Positions 30,285-42,820 of a stretch of 64,000 bases of DNA are shown piece by piece. The DNA comes from an uncultured Candidatus Saccharibacteria bacterium (lineage in GTDB: Bacteria > Patescibacteriota > Minisyncoccia > Phycocordibacterales > CAIZLB01), in the NCBI GenBank assembly GCA_964520195.1, contig CAZFNX010000002.1, forward strand, positions 2,884 to 66,883, read 5' to 3'. Position 1 is the stretch's first letter, and each line of letters begins with the position of its first letter. The position numbers and the translations under genes are program-made. The notes beneath the pieces were generated by a model. It saw nothing but the letters and a program-made list of their open reading frames with translations. It was not told where the DNA came from and searched no databases.

Positions 30285-32801
30285 TTAATGCTCTATTACT
30301 TCCGGAAGAACTTGACACAATGTTGTAGTTGAGACGGTTTGCATAGGTGAAGTACCTGTAGCATTTCTCACACATGTTATTTGCGCTTTTTGATTTAACC
30401 CATTGACAGTTTCTGTAAATAAAGGACCAGAAAGTCCTGGGGCTACAACCGTTGCGGCTTGATTATTGATTGTCACAGTACAACTATCAATATTTTCAAC
30501 ACTCCAATTATATTCACACTGTGTACCTTTAGAAACCACAGGATTTCTTGCTGTAAAATTTAGTATTTTTGCAGCTGGGGTTGTTGTAGAATTTCCATTT
30601 CCACCTCCTGTATTTGAGTATGGAGAAGTTGAAGTACAGCTAGCATATACCGTAGATGCATCTACAACATCAGTAACCTTAACTTTCAGTGGAGTTGCAG
30701 ATCCGGTTGCCGTTCTTTCTATATATGCAGGAAGCTTAAGTGGCGGATGATAACTTGTATCAGTCACATCCCAATAGCGTATATATCTGGAATCAATCGC
30801 ATTGGTAACAGCTACATTAAACCGAGCAACACTAGAACTTGCAGAAGGTACCTGATAGCAACTTGCCCCTAGTGCACATGCAGGAGAGTTTTTAGTAGTA
30901 CTTATGACTGTAGTATTTCGAGTACAGGTCTGATTTCTACTTGTTCCATCATACGAACATGTACACACAAGGGCTGGGCATGTAACATTACTAAATGTAA
31001 AAGTTGTATCACCTGCAGTACTAGCACAAGCACCGTTTATGTTATAGTAGTGTCCTGTCAAAGTAGCATTTCCTGTAAATCCCTCATTGAACGTAATTGT
31101 CAATGGATACGGCCCAACATCTCTATTGTAAACTAATACACCCGATCCAACAGGAACAGTACCTCCCGCACCATTTGAAACAGTAAGTCCATTAAGTCCA
31201 CTTACATAGAAATATGTATATGATGAAGTATTACCACAAGTTTGATTAGTAGGATCGAGTCTCACTTGTACAGTTTGCCCACAAACAAATGTATCTGAAG
31301 GCGCTGGATATGTTACCGGTGACATGGTTAAGCCTCGATATCCATGATTCCAACATTGAGAATTGGATCCTGCGTCTATACCACCATCTGCAAATGCACT
31401 CATGCTAAAATTTCCTGAATTAATAGCACCTGTAGCAAATACTTGCGAATAATGAACATACCCAAGTAAACTAGCACACACCAACACACAAAGTATCCAT
31501 AGCTTGTGACGATTTACACCGTATCCAATAAGAGCTAGAACAATGAGAGTGTACAATGTTACCATCGCAACTGTTTTTCGAGTAAGCGGCATCAATGTTT
31601 TTGATGCTTGATGTACAGTTGGTTGTATTATATCAAATACGCCCGTAAACAATGTTAGACCTGAAAAATCTTTTACCGTAACACGAATATGTGCAACATC
31701 TTTTTTCTGAACATCTGTTAAACCAGTGGGTACTTGTACTGTAGGGTTTATATTCCCCCAAGCTATTTTTGATGACTGTGTACCAATAGAGACGTTTGTA
31801 TCGTTAAGAAAATCAACATCAAACGCATATTCTTTATTTTTAAAGTCTTCTATAATCTGATGTGAACTTGTAGAATTCAAATACGCCTCTGTGAGCTCTA
31901 TAGTTGAATCAAACAAAGTTTTAGCTACACGTAAAACAGCCGTTGAAGTTCCTAGCTGAGCACTTGTCACCACCACAAAAGAACTACCTATCATGTATCT
32001 AAATTCTTCTGTTTTTAAGACAATGGTCTTGTCACCATACTGAACAGAAAGATCTATTTTCCCTTCATACGTACCTCCTTCAGCTATATATTTTGCAGGT
32101 ATTTGTATAATCTTTTTACTTTTCCTTGGTACTTCTACAGAGACTGAAGCATCAGTATTTTTTGTAAAGATGGAAGTTTGTAAGGCGTATTTTCTCGTAC
32201 TATAATCAGCGAACACCTTGAGCGAAGTTGTACCAGTATTGTTTATTTCTATTTCATAGAAAGCTGTATCTTTTTTCTTTTCTGCAATAATAGGACCATC
32301 TTGCAATTTATATTTCTTACCATCATATTGGAACCAACTTTTTGTCTCAACACCTGCGATATTAGAAGCAGACACATCGCCCAATGTTAAAACATCACTT
32401 TGTTTTTCGTACAATGTATTTTCATGACCATCTAATACTCGTAACTCTATTCTATATGAATTTTTCTTGAGAATATTAGGAATGTTATACACATACTCTT
32501 TCGCGTAAGAATTTACCCTCTTTGGAATAAGGAGATTGCTATCTAAAACATCAGAAGTCAGTTTAACTGTATTTCTAAATGTTTTCTCTGAATACACATC
32601 TGTTACAGAAACTTCTACTTGTACAGGAATATCGACATTACTAAGATTAAAAAAAGTTGTGTTAATTTTAATAGATGTTGGAGATGTAGTAGTTGCTTGT
32701 ATTTTATCTACACCTACATTACCAAACCCCTCCTTTTCAGCTTGTACTTGAGTTGTTATACAAAAAAAAGAAAGGAGTGCTATAAAAAATATTTTTTTCA
32801 T
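30285..32801 (-). CDS. Large membrane-anchored surface protein, paralog 1
   Basis: Signal peptide, beta-rich domain, two central TMs, Cys-rich C-terminal half. Confidence 0.8.
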   Translation of the reverse strand: MKKIFFIALLSFFCITTQVQAEKEGFGNVGVDKIQATTTSPTSIKINTTFFNLSNVDIPVQVEVSVTDVYSEKTFRNTVKLTSDVLDSNLLIPKRVNSYAKEYVYNIPNILKKNSYRIELRVLDGHENTLYEKQSDVLTLGDVSASNIAGVETKSWFQYDGKKYKLQDGPIIAEKKKDTAFYEIEINNTGTTSLKVFADYSTRKYALQTSIFTKNTDASVSVEVPRKSKKIIQIPAKYIAEGGTYEGKIDLSVQYGDKTIVLKTEEFRYMIGSSFVVVTSAQLGTSTAVLRVAKTLFDSTIELTEAYLNSTSSHQIIEDFKNKEYAFDVDFLNDTNVSIGTQSSKIAWGNINPTVQVPTGLTDVQKKDVAHIRVTVKDFSGLTLFTGVFDIIQPTVHQASKTLMPLTRKTVAMVTLYTLIVLALIGYGVNRHKLWILCVLVCASLLGYVHYSQVFATGAINSGNFSMSAFADGGIDAGSNSQCWNHGYRGLTMSPVTYPAPSDTFVCGQTVQVRLDPTNQTCGNTSSYTYFYVSGLNGLTVSNGAGGTVPVGSGVLVYNRDVGPYPLTITFNEGFTGNATLTGHYYNINGACASTAGDTTFTFSNVTCPALVCTCSYDGTSRNQTCTRNTTVISTTKNSPACALGASCYQVPSASSSVARFNVAVTNAIDSRYIRYWDVTDTSYHPPLKLPAYIERTATGSATPLKVKVTDVVDASTVYASCTSTSPYSNTGGGNGNSTTTPAAKILNFTARNPVVSKGTQCEYNWSVENIDSCTVTINNQAATVVAPGLSGPLFTETVNGLNQKAQITCVRNATGTSPMQTVSTTTLCQVLPEVIEH

Positions 32802-32918
32802 ACTATGAGTATACCATTTTTTATATGTACAACATACTATTATATATAATATGTTTGTAAGAAAACAAAACACCATCCAGAGATGGTGTCTGTAACTAAA
32901 ACTAGTCAGCGAACTATA

Positions 32919-35402
32919 TTAGTGTTCTATTACTTCCGGAAGAACTTGACACAATGTTGTAGTTGATACTTGTATTGCAGGAGATGAAGTGCCTACCGCA
33001 TCAGCCGTACATGTAATAGTTGCTTGCTGATTAAGACCGTCATCAGTAGGAACAGATACTGGACCTGATGTTCCTGGTGCTATCAGTGAAATACTATGAC
33101 TATTTACTACCATGGTACATCTATCTACATCTTGCGTATCCCATGTATATGTACAATTTGTTCCTCTATTAACCACAGGTGATGAAGATTTAAAAGTAAC
33201 AACTCTAGGAGATCGTGGCGCTGTTGTAGAAGCAGATGAAGAACCTCCATTGCTACTACCTCCTCCATTTCCATTGTTTGTGATAGAACACACAGAATAA
33301 GCTTTACTGTTATCGAATAAATCAGTTATCGTTGTCTTTTGTGTAATAGTTTGCCCAACCGCAACATTCTTTGTATATGGGTTTGTTATAGCAGCTCCAC
33401 TATCTGTATCCGTATATGTTAGATTACCCACTTTATTACTTACTGTATACGTAAATGTTCCATTTGTTCCTGATACAGATGTTCCACAAGCTACACCGAG
33501 CTGACATGCTGCTGCATTTGTTGTTGTTGATGTAACTGCACCATTTTTACATACACTATCTCTTCCATTACATGTACATGATTGAGAACATGTCACATTT
33601 TTAAACGTAAGAGTTACATCTCCTGCTGTACTAGCGCACGCACCGTTTATGTTATAGTAGTGTCCTGTCAAAGTAGCATTTCCTGTAAATCCATTATTAA
33701 ATGTTACTGTTAATGGAAAGGCTCCAATTCCTCTATAGTACACCATCGCAGACCCACCAACCGGAACAGTGCCTCCAGCACCATTTGAAACAGTAAGTCC
33801 GTTAAATCCACTTACATAGAAATACGTTGTTGATGGAGTATTACCGCAAGTTGAGTTAGTAGGGTCTAGTCTTACTTGTACAGTTTGTCCACATGTAAAT
33901 GTATCTGAAGGTGATGGGAAGCTTACAGCTTGCATAGTCAAGCCTCTATATCCATGATTCCAACATAGAGGGTGAGATCCTGCATCTATTCCGCCATCAG
34001 TAAAGGCAGACATAGTAAAGTTACCTGAAGAAATACCAGGAAAGGCAGATACACGAGTATAACTTACATATGCAAGTAAAGCTGCACAAATAAGAAGACA
34101 TACAAGCCATAGTTTATGACGATTTACACCATATCCAATAGCAGCAAGTATTACAAGGATAAACAAAGTAATTAACGCTATTGATTTCTGTGTCAACGAA
34201 GCAAAGCCTTTTGCGATTGTAGTTGGCATAACATCAAATGTACCTGTATAAAGTTCTGCATTATTAAAATCTTTTACAGTCACACGAATTTGCGAAACAT
34301 CTTTAGGTTCTAAACTTGCTGCTGTGATCGGAACCTGAAGAGTTGGATTTATATTTCCCCAGTTTACTTGTGTTGTTTGTGTACCAATAACAGATCCTGC
34401 ATCATTAAGAAAATCAATATCAAAGGTATACTGTTTATCTACATATTCTCCAATGACCTGATTTGAACTTGTAGAATCTAGATATGCCTGTGTAAGTTCT
34501 ATAGTTGAATCAAACAATGTCTTAGATATAGACAAAGATACACTAGAGGTTCCTAATTGAGCATCCGTCACAACCACAAAAGAACCTCCTATCATGTATC
34601 TGAACTCTTCAGTCTTAAGAGCAACAACAGTATCACCATCATGCATAGAAATATCTATCTTCCCTTCATACGTACCTCCTTCTTGTATATACTTTGCTGG
34701 TATTTGTATAATCTTTTTAGATTTCTTCGGAATCTCTACTGTAACTGACGCATCTGCATTTTTAACAAACTCAGATGTTTCTAGTGCATATTTTCTAGTA
34801 CTATAATCAACATATACCTTTACAGAAGATGTACTTGTGTTATTGACTTCAACGGCATAAAAAGCACTATCTTTTTTACTTACATCAACTATTGGACCAT
34901 CTTGTAGACCATATTTTTTACCATCATACTGGAACCAACTTGTTGTCTCTATTTTTGAAAGATTTGAAACAAGTGTATTACCAAGGGTCACAACCTCACT
35001 TTGTCTCTCATATAATATATTTTCATGAGTATCCACCACTCTAAGCTCTATTTTGTATGAATCTTTTTTAGGAATCTCAGGAATATTGTATGTATATTCT
35101 TTTTCGAATGAGTTTACTCTTTTTGGAATAACCAAATCTCTATCTATAGTGTCAGATGTTATGAGATTAATATTTTTATACTGAGCCTTTGAATAGGTAT
35201 CGGTTACAGAAGCCTCTACATGTACCGGAATATCTGCACTACTGAGATTGAAAAATGCTGCATTAATTTTAATAGATGTTGGAGATATTGGTGAGACTAG
35301 TATCCTATCTACACCTACCTTACCAAAATCCTCACTCTCAGCATGTACGTAAGTTGTTACACATACAAGAGAAAGCGATAATATAAAAAGTATTTTTTTC
35401 AT
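32919..35402 (-). CDS. Large membrane-anchored surface protein, paralog 2
   Basis: Colinear with 30285-32801; same C-terminus VSTTTLCQVLPEVIEH. Confidence 0.8.
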   Translation of the reverse strand: MKKILFILSLSLVCVTTYVHAESEDFGKVGVDRILVSPISPTSIKINAAFFNLSSADIPVHVEASVTDTYSKAQYKNINLITSDTIDRDLVIPKRVNSFEKEYTYNIPEIPKKDSYKIELRVVDTHENILYERQSEVVTLGNTLVSNLSKIETTSWFQYDGKKYGLQDGPIVDVSKKDSAFYAVEVNNTSTSSVKVYVDYSTRKYALETSEFVKNADASVTVEIPKKSKKIIQIPAKYIQEGGTYEGKIDISMHDGDTVVALKTEEFRYMIGGSFVVVTDAQLGTSSVSLSISKTLFDSTIELTQAYLDSTSSNQVIGEYVDKQYTFDIDFLNDAGSVIGTQTTQVNWGNINPTLQVPITAASLEPKDVSQIRVTVKDFNNAELYTGTFDVMPTTIAKGFASLTQKSIALITLFILVILAAIGYGVNRHKLWLVCLLICAALLAYVSYTRVSAFPGISSGNFTMSAFTDGGIDAGSHPLCWNHGYRGLTMQAVSFPSPSDTFTCGQTVQVRLDPTNSTCGNTPSTTYFYVSGFNGLTVSNGAGGTVPVGGSAMVYYRGIGAFPLTVTFNNGFTGNATLTGHYYNINGACASTAGDVTLTFKNVTCSQSCTCNGRDSVCKNGAVTSTTTNAAACQLGVACGTSVSGTNGTFTYTVSNKVGNLTYTDTDSGAAITNPYTKNVAVGQTITQKTTITDLFDNSKAYSVCSITNNGNGGGSSNGGSSSASTTAPRSPRVVTFKSSSPVVNRGTNCTYTWDTQDVDRCTMVVNSHSISLIAPGTSGPVSVPTDDGLNQQATITCTADAVGTSSPAIQVSTTTLCQVLPEVIEH

Positions 35403-35463
35403 AGTATAAGTATATCACCTCCAAAGAAAAAACAACAAGTAAAAATACTCGTCCAGATTGGAT

Positions 35464-37539
<2,076 letters not shown>

Positions 37540-37544
37540 CTAGA

Positions 37545-38090
37545 CTAGTGAGCAAAGATAAGGCCACGCTCTACCACCCTTCGAGTTACCGCATCACTAA
37601 GAGCACAAGACTCTCCAGAAATACCCGTGTTATAACCACTCGTAGATATTTTTGTTCGATATGGTGTCTTAACAACTTCAACGTGTCCACATGCATCTTG
37701 ACCATAATCTATATCAAACGTAGTTGTTGCAATATTATTTACAGCATCAACGACTTTTACATAAGATAAAGGGTTTAATACATTTTCTCCACACTTGATT
37801 GGATTTGTTCCAGAAAGTTGAACAGTTGTTGTGCCAAAAACAGCACTAGAAAAATCACCCGCTAGTGTACCATCTGTTAATGTATCCCAATACAACGCAC
37901 ACTCAAGTGCACTATCGGCAGCATAAAACGAAGTCTGAGAATTTGTACCTATATTAGTCAATCTGAGTTGACGTAAAATAATATTTGCAATTGAAAAAGA
38001 TATCGACAGCAAAAGCGTCATCATAACCAGTGCAATCACAAGACTGATTCCTCTGTTTGTATGAAGTTTTGTATGAGTCGTATGTATCAT
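37545..38090 (-). CDS. PilX-like minor pilin
   Basis: RG-ISLVIAL class III signal; FYAADSALEC. Confidence 0.75.
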   Translation of the reverse strand: MIHTTHTKLHTNRGISLVIALVMMTLLLSISFSIANIILRQLRLTNIGTNSQTSFYAADSALECALYWDTLTDGTLAGDFSSAVFGTTTVQLSGTNPIKCGENVLNPLSYVKVVDAVNNIATTTFDIDYGQDACGHVEVVKTPYRTKISTSGYNTGISGESCALSDAVTRRVVERGLIFAH

Positions 38091-38091
38091 A

Positions 38092-38718
38092 TTATTTTGT
38101 ATAATAGTCTTTATATTGCTGATTATGTAATCGTTCAACAAGTTGCAACTGTCTATCTCTACCTCTGTCTTGCCATTTTACCGTAACTACCACTTTTATT
38201 TCTCGTAAAGGAGTACTACCTGTTGATCCATCCTGACTTCCTACTTGAAGATATATTTCTCTTGTAAACTTAGAATTCTGATATCCTGATACACTATCTT
38301 CACCGTAGATGATTGATCCATTTGGATTAAAAGCTAACGCCGGACAGGAACCAGCACATTGTGTAAACCGATACACACCTCCTGCATCTCGAGTCATGTA
38401 ACAGGTATTAGGAGAAGAGACGGTATTTGCATTTTTACAATCAACATTACCTGTTATGGTATTTACCCAGTTAGCATCAGTAGAATCAGTAAGAGCAATC
38501 GTATCTCTATTGTTTCTAATAGCCTCAATCGCCTCTTCTGCTAAATAATACGCAGAAACATTATCACGAGATTCGACAGAACTTCGAATAGCGAGAGTGG
38601 CAATATAGATAGGGCCTGTCAAAGCTAATGTCAATATAAACACAGCAACAAGTGTCTCAAGCAAAGTAAATCCCCTTTGTTGTTTTTGTATATTCTTTTT
38701 TCGAGAGATACGTGACAT
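38092..38718 (-). CDS. PilV-like minor pilin
   Basis: RG-FTLLETLVA; AYYLAEEAIE. Confidence 0.85.
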   Translation of the reverse strand: MSRISRKKNIQKQQRGFTLLETLVAVFILTLALTGPIYIATLAIRSSVESRDNVSAYYLAEEAIEAIRNNRDTIALTDSTDANWVNTITGNVDCKNANTVSSPNTCYMTRDAGGVYRFTQCAGSCPALAFNPNGSIIYGEDSVSGYQNSKFTREIYLQVGSQDGSTGSTPLREIKVVVTVKWQDRGRDRQLQLVERLHNQQYKDYYTK

Positions 38719-38726
38719 ACAATGTA

Positions 38727-39395
38727 TTATATAAAGTTAGGTAATCTCTGAGAGATATATGTTTGTATAAAGAAATCAGAAATATTTACTTGATTAACTT
38801 TTGCAGTACCACTCAAAACAAGAAATACTGATGGTTGACCAACTGTAGAACCATCAGTTGGAGTTGGGATCAATTGATGTGGGGTCTTTATAGTAAACTC
38901 AAGTTTATTAATAGTTATATTATTTTGATCAGTAAGCGGATACGTTTCTGAAGAGACAACGTCTAGTGCGTCTTGTGTATATAGTGTTTTTCGAATATAC
39001 GCATCTTGACCAAGAGTTCCCACAAGTTCATATTTCACTAGTTGCTCTTTACCTGAAATAGTAGAAACAAGAGTTATATTGTTAATAGCTGTAGAGCCAT
39101 TACATGTACTTGAAATCAATTTATAGTTATCCAACACAAGAGCATTCACACCATACGAAGAAGGGTCGAAGTTGCATTGATACCTGTATCCTGTTTTAAT
39201 ATCACGAACCATACTTTCTATAGAGTAGTTAAGGTTATTTACCACAGAACTTACAGCTTGATTTTTTTTATTTGAATTTATAATACTTAAAATCACACCG
39301 CTGGCAGCAACAACAACAACTGAAAAAATACCCAGTGACACAAGAGCCTCCACGAGGGTAAATCCTTTTATTTTTGTATGTGAATAAAATTTCAT
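38727..39395 (-). CDS. PilW-like minor pilin
   Basis: KG-FTLVEALVS. Confidence 0.85.
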   Translation of the reverse strand: MKFYSHTKIKGFTLVEALVSLGIFSVVVVAASGVILSIINSNKKNQAVSSVVNNLNYSIESMVRDIKTGYRYQCNFDPSSYGVNALVLDNYKLISSTCNGSTAINNITLVSTISGKEQLVKYELVGTLGQDAYIRKTLYTQDALDVVSSETYPLTDQNNITINKLEFTIKTPHQLIPTPTDGSTVGQPSVFLVLSGTAKVNQVNISDFFIQTYISQRLPNFI

Positions 39396-39410
39396 ATAAT
39401 CTATATTACA

Positions 39411-40049
39411 TTATTGCATAGGTAAACAATGTGCGTTACTAATCTCAACAGATCCTGTCTTTTCTATCGTAACAGATCTACATACATCATTTAAGAAACC
39501 TGTACTGATAACTATTGAACCTGTGTAATCTTCAACGGGTGATGTTGATATATCTTGTACTTTGAACATAGCTTCAGGGTTCGGACGAGTAAAAACAATG
39601 TCGACAGTTTGTTCACCATTACCAGTAGTACAGTAGTTACTTGTTGATGTTGATAATACACTTCCTTTACATATACCTAAAATAGATCCTGCTCTTGAGT
39701 TTGTAATAGTATACTCTTGAGTCAGCTCGTTATTAGATGGGTCGTATACTCCATTACCATTTTTATCTGCAAAAAGAATAACTGTCTTTGGTTGAGCAAT
39801 ATCGAAATGCACTCCGTGACTGGCAGAAAAACCATCAGCTGTAGCCTTTACTCCGAGACCTGCAACCTGAGACTCTCTAACAATCAAACCTATTTCATAG
39901 GCTGTATTAGATACTAAGATAGTACTATTGAGTCTCGCATTATTAAACAATACAAGCACTGTTACTACAGAAATAATAGCCACAACCACAATCATCTCTA
40001 TCAGAGTGAAACCAGATTTTTTTTGTTTTTGTTGTGATTGTGTACACAT
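39411..40049 (-). CDS. FimT/FimU-like minor pilin
   Basis: SG-FTLIEMIVV. Confidence 0.85.
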   Translation of the reverse strand: MCTQSQQKQKKSGFTLIEMIVVVAIISVVTVLVLFNNARLNSTILVSNTAYEIGLIVRESQVAGLGVKATADGFSASHGVHFDIAQPKTVILFADKNGNGVYDPSNNELTQEYTITNSRAGSILGICKGSVLSTSTSNYCTTGNGEQTVDIVFTRPNPEAMFKVQDISTSPVEDYTGSIVISTGFLNDVCRSVTIEKTGSVEISNAHCLPMQ

Positions 40050-40052
40050 GTT

Positions 40053-41261
40053 TTATATATTTGAAGATATGTTGTAAATAGGAATCAATACAGATGCAAG
40101 CAAAAACCCTACACCGAGACCGAGAAGCACAATCATCAAAGGTTCAATCAAATCAACAAGTGTATCAACAGCAGAGACAACTTCTCGTTGATAAAATCGC
40201 GCAAGAGTTTTCAAAATACTTCCAACCTCTCCAGTTTCTTCCCCCACTCTCGTCATAGCCACAAGTATACCTGGAATCTCAGCATGCTTACCAAATGCAT
40301 CAGACAATGCAAAACCACCTTTCACATCTTCAATCACATTCGACATGATACCTTCATATATAGTGTTATCTATAACATCTGATGTAAGCTCCAAAGCTTT
40401 CAACATAGGAATACCTGATGTAAGCATAGTGTTTAGGTTATCGGCAATACGTGATAGATAGAGTTTTTTATACAGATTTGAAATATATGGTAATTCAATC
40501 TTAAGTCGAGAAAGAAAGTTTTTACCTGCTGGAGAAAATAGATATCGCGCAGCCAAAAATCCAAAGATAATAACCAAAATAATAAATACAGGACCAAAAT
40601 TTACCAAAAAGTTACTCAATCCTATAACAACTTTCGTATACGCAGGTACCTCTTGTCCAGACTCAGTAATAATCACACTGATCTTTGGAATCACCACAGT
40701 AAGCATAAGTACCATCACCGCTATAAAAGTAGTAATAACGAAGGCAGGGTAAATAAGAGCATTCTTAACCTTTGCAGTAACTTCATAGTTACGTTCCATG
40801 TAATCAGACAGGAACAAAAAAGTCTCATCAAGCTTTCCTGACTCTTCTCCAGCCTTAACCATGTTTGTATAAAACGTATTAAAGACTTTAGGATGTTTTG
40901 CGAGCGCAGTTGAGATCGGTGATCCAGCTTGAATATCATCTGCTATAGTCACCAAGACTTTTTGCAAAGCAGGTTTTTCCATCTCGGCAGATAAAAGTTG
41001 GAAAATACGCAATGCTGAAACCTGTGCAGTAAACAGAGTTGACATCTGTCTTGATAAGATCACAATATCTTTTGTCTTAATCCCTCCAAACAAACTTATA
41101 CCGCTCGAAAAAATATTTCCTTTCTTTCCACTTTCTTCGATGGCTAAAATAGTCCACCCACGTCTCTGAAGCGAGTTAATAGCTATGTCTTTATTTTGAG
41201 AATCTATAGTTCCCTCTGTTTGACTCCCCCGTTCATCAAGTGCTTTATACGTAAATATCAT
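40053..41261 (-). CDS. pilC: Type IV pilus platform protein (GspF family)
   Basis: AGEESGKLD, YPAFV, GEETG, LIEP. Confidence 0.95.
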   Translation of the reverse strand: MIFTYKALDERGSQTEGTIDSQNKDIAINSLQRRGWTILAIEESGKKGNIFSSGISLFGGIKTKDIVILSRQMSTLFTAQVSALRIFQLLSAEMEKPALQKVLVTIADDIQAGSPISTALAKHPKVFNTFYTNMVKAGEESGKLDETFLFLSDYMERNYEVTAKVKNALIYPAFVITTFIAVMVLMLTVVIPKISVIITESGQEVPAYTKVVIGLSNFLVNFGPVFIILVIIFGFLAARYLFSPAGKNFLSRLKIELPYISNLYKKLYLSRIADNLNTMLTSGIPMLKALELTSDVIDNTIYEGIMSNVIEDVKGGFALSDAFGKHAEIPGILVAMTRVGEETGEVGSILKTLARFYQREVVSAVDTLVDLIEPLMIVLLGLGVGFLLASVLIPIYNISSNI

Positions 41262-41290
41262 AGTTTGTGTAGTAGATTAGTGAAAATAAA

Positions 41291-42355
41291 TTATATGAGT
41301 CTTTGTAACATCTTAGGGTTCAATGATTGTTTATATGCATTCTCAAGTGATATTTCTCCTTTTTGTACAAGTTCAGCCAGACATCTGTTCATATCAATCA
41401 TACCTTCTTGTGATCCAGTTTCAATCACTGTGTTTATCTCATGTGTACGTTTTTCCCGAATCAAGTTTTGAATAGCACTATTAGTAATCATAAGTTCATA
41501 TACAGGTATCAATCCTCCAGAGATACGAGGAACAAGTCGTTGTGAAAAAACTCCTGCGAGTGCAGATGAGAGCTGTAATCGAATCTGATCTTGCTGCTCT
41601 GGTGGAAAACTATCTATGATACGGTCAACTGTTTGAGCAGCGTTGTTAGTGTGTAGTGTTGAGAAAACCATGTGACCAGTCTCAGCTGCAGTTACTGCGG
41701 CTGCAATAGTTTCGCGATTACGCATTTCTCCTACAAGGATGATATTTACATCTTGTCGAAGCGCACTAATAAGTCCAGATTCAAAAGACGCTGTATCAAT
41801 ACCAACCTCACGTTGATCAATGATAGATTTTTTTTGTTCATACACGTACTCAGTTGGATCTTCGATAGTCATGATATGCTCTGCTCGCTCTTGATTTATC
41901 AACTCAATAATCGAAGCGAGAGTTGTTGATTTACCTTGTCCAACAGGTCCTACTACCAAGAAAAAACCTTGCTTTTTATGAGCAAACTGCTCAAGAACAG
42001 GAGGCAGCTGCAACTCTTGAAGTGTTCGAATCTGTTTTGGAATCAACCGAAGAGCAATACTTAAACTACCCTGCTGATGAAAGGCATTACCTCGAAATCG
42101 TGCATTTTCCTTAAACTTATACGAGAAATCAATCTCTCTATCATCTGATTCGAAAGCTGCCTTTCGAGAAGATGTAGACATAAGGTTTACAAAAGATTTT
42201 ATATCTTCTCGCGTAAGTAGAGTATTTCTTACAAGCGGTATCAGTTGACCTGATATACGCATAGTAGGATATCTCCCTTCAGACAGGTGAAGATCTGAAG
42301 CACCTTCTCGTACGACTGTATCTAAAAGTTGTTCAAGTTCTTGTTCGTAATTCAT
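41291..42355 (-). CDS. pilT: Twitching-motility retraction ATPase
   Basis: ASDLHL, GPVGQGKST, TIEDP, AAETGH, IQNLIRE. Confidence 0.93.
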   Translation of the reverse strand: MNYEQELEQLLDTVVREGASDLHLSEGRYPTMRISGQLIPLVRNTLLTREDIKSFVNLMSTSSRKAAFESDDREIDFSYKFKENARFRGNAFHQQGSLSIALRLIPKQIRTLQELQLPPVLEQFAHKKQGFFLVVGPVGQGKSTTLASIIELINQERAEHIMTIEDPTEYVYEQKKSIIDQREVGIDTASFESGLISALRQDVNIILVGEMRNRETIAAAVTAAETGHMVFSTLHTNNAAQTVDRIIDSFPPEQQDQIRLQLSSALAGVFSQRLVPRISGGLIPVYELMITNSAIQNLIREKRTHEINTVIETGSQEGMIDMNRCLAELVQKGEISLENAYKQSLNPKMLQRLI

Positions 42356-42384
42356 ACTAGTTATTATACACCTTTTATGAGAGA

Positions 42385-42801
42385 TTATGAAAGATTAAAC
42401 ATCTTATTTACTTCATCAACAATCTCTGAAGGTATAGTTGTTGCTTTTACAATATATGAATGCACTCCAAGCTTTCTTGCTACGTCAATATCATGAGCCT
42501 GACTTTGATTTGTAAGTACAACAATAGGTACATGTTCAAAAAGTTTTTCAGCTCGAATCTTCTCTAAAAATTCTATTCCACCCATAACAGGCATGATAAC
42601 ATCAACAAACAGAACATCTGGAACATATCCCGATCTTGCAATATCAAGAGCTTCTTGCCCATTTGTTGCTAGCTTCAAATCAAATCCACACTTTTCAAAC
42701 TTTATCTTATACATGTTTAAAATAAAATGATCGTCATCAACAATCATAACTTTTACATCACCTGGTTTTTCTTTTTTTCCAAATACAAGAGTTGGATTCA
42801 T
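42385..42801 (-). CDS. Single-domain response regulator
   Basis: IVDDD, DVIMP, LTN, YIVK. Confidence 0.9.
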   Translation of the reverse strand: MNPTLVFGKKEKPGDVKVMIVDDDHFILNMYKIKFEKCGFDLKLATNGQEALDIARSGYVPDVLFVDVIMPVMGGIEFLEKIRAEKLFEHVPIVVLTNQSQAHDIDVARKLGVHSYIVKATTIPSEIVDEVNKMFNLS

Positions 42802-42820
42802 AGTTTTTCTGTTTATATGA

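Noticed and set aside
30285-35402. Diversity-generating retroelement TR/VR pair
   Set aside because: Differences are not adenine-specific, both copies are full genes, and no reverse transcriptase is in the window.
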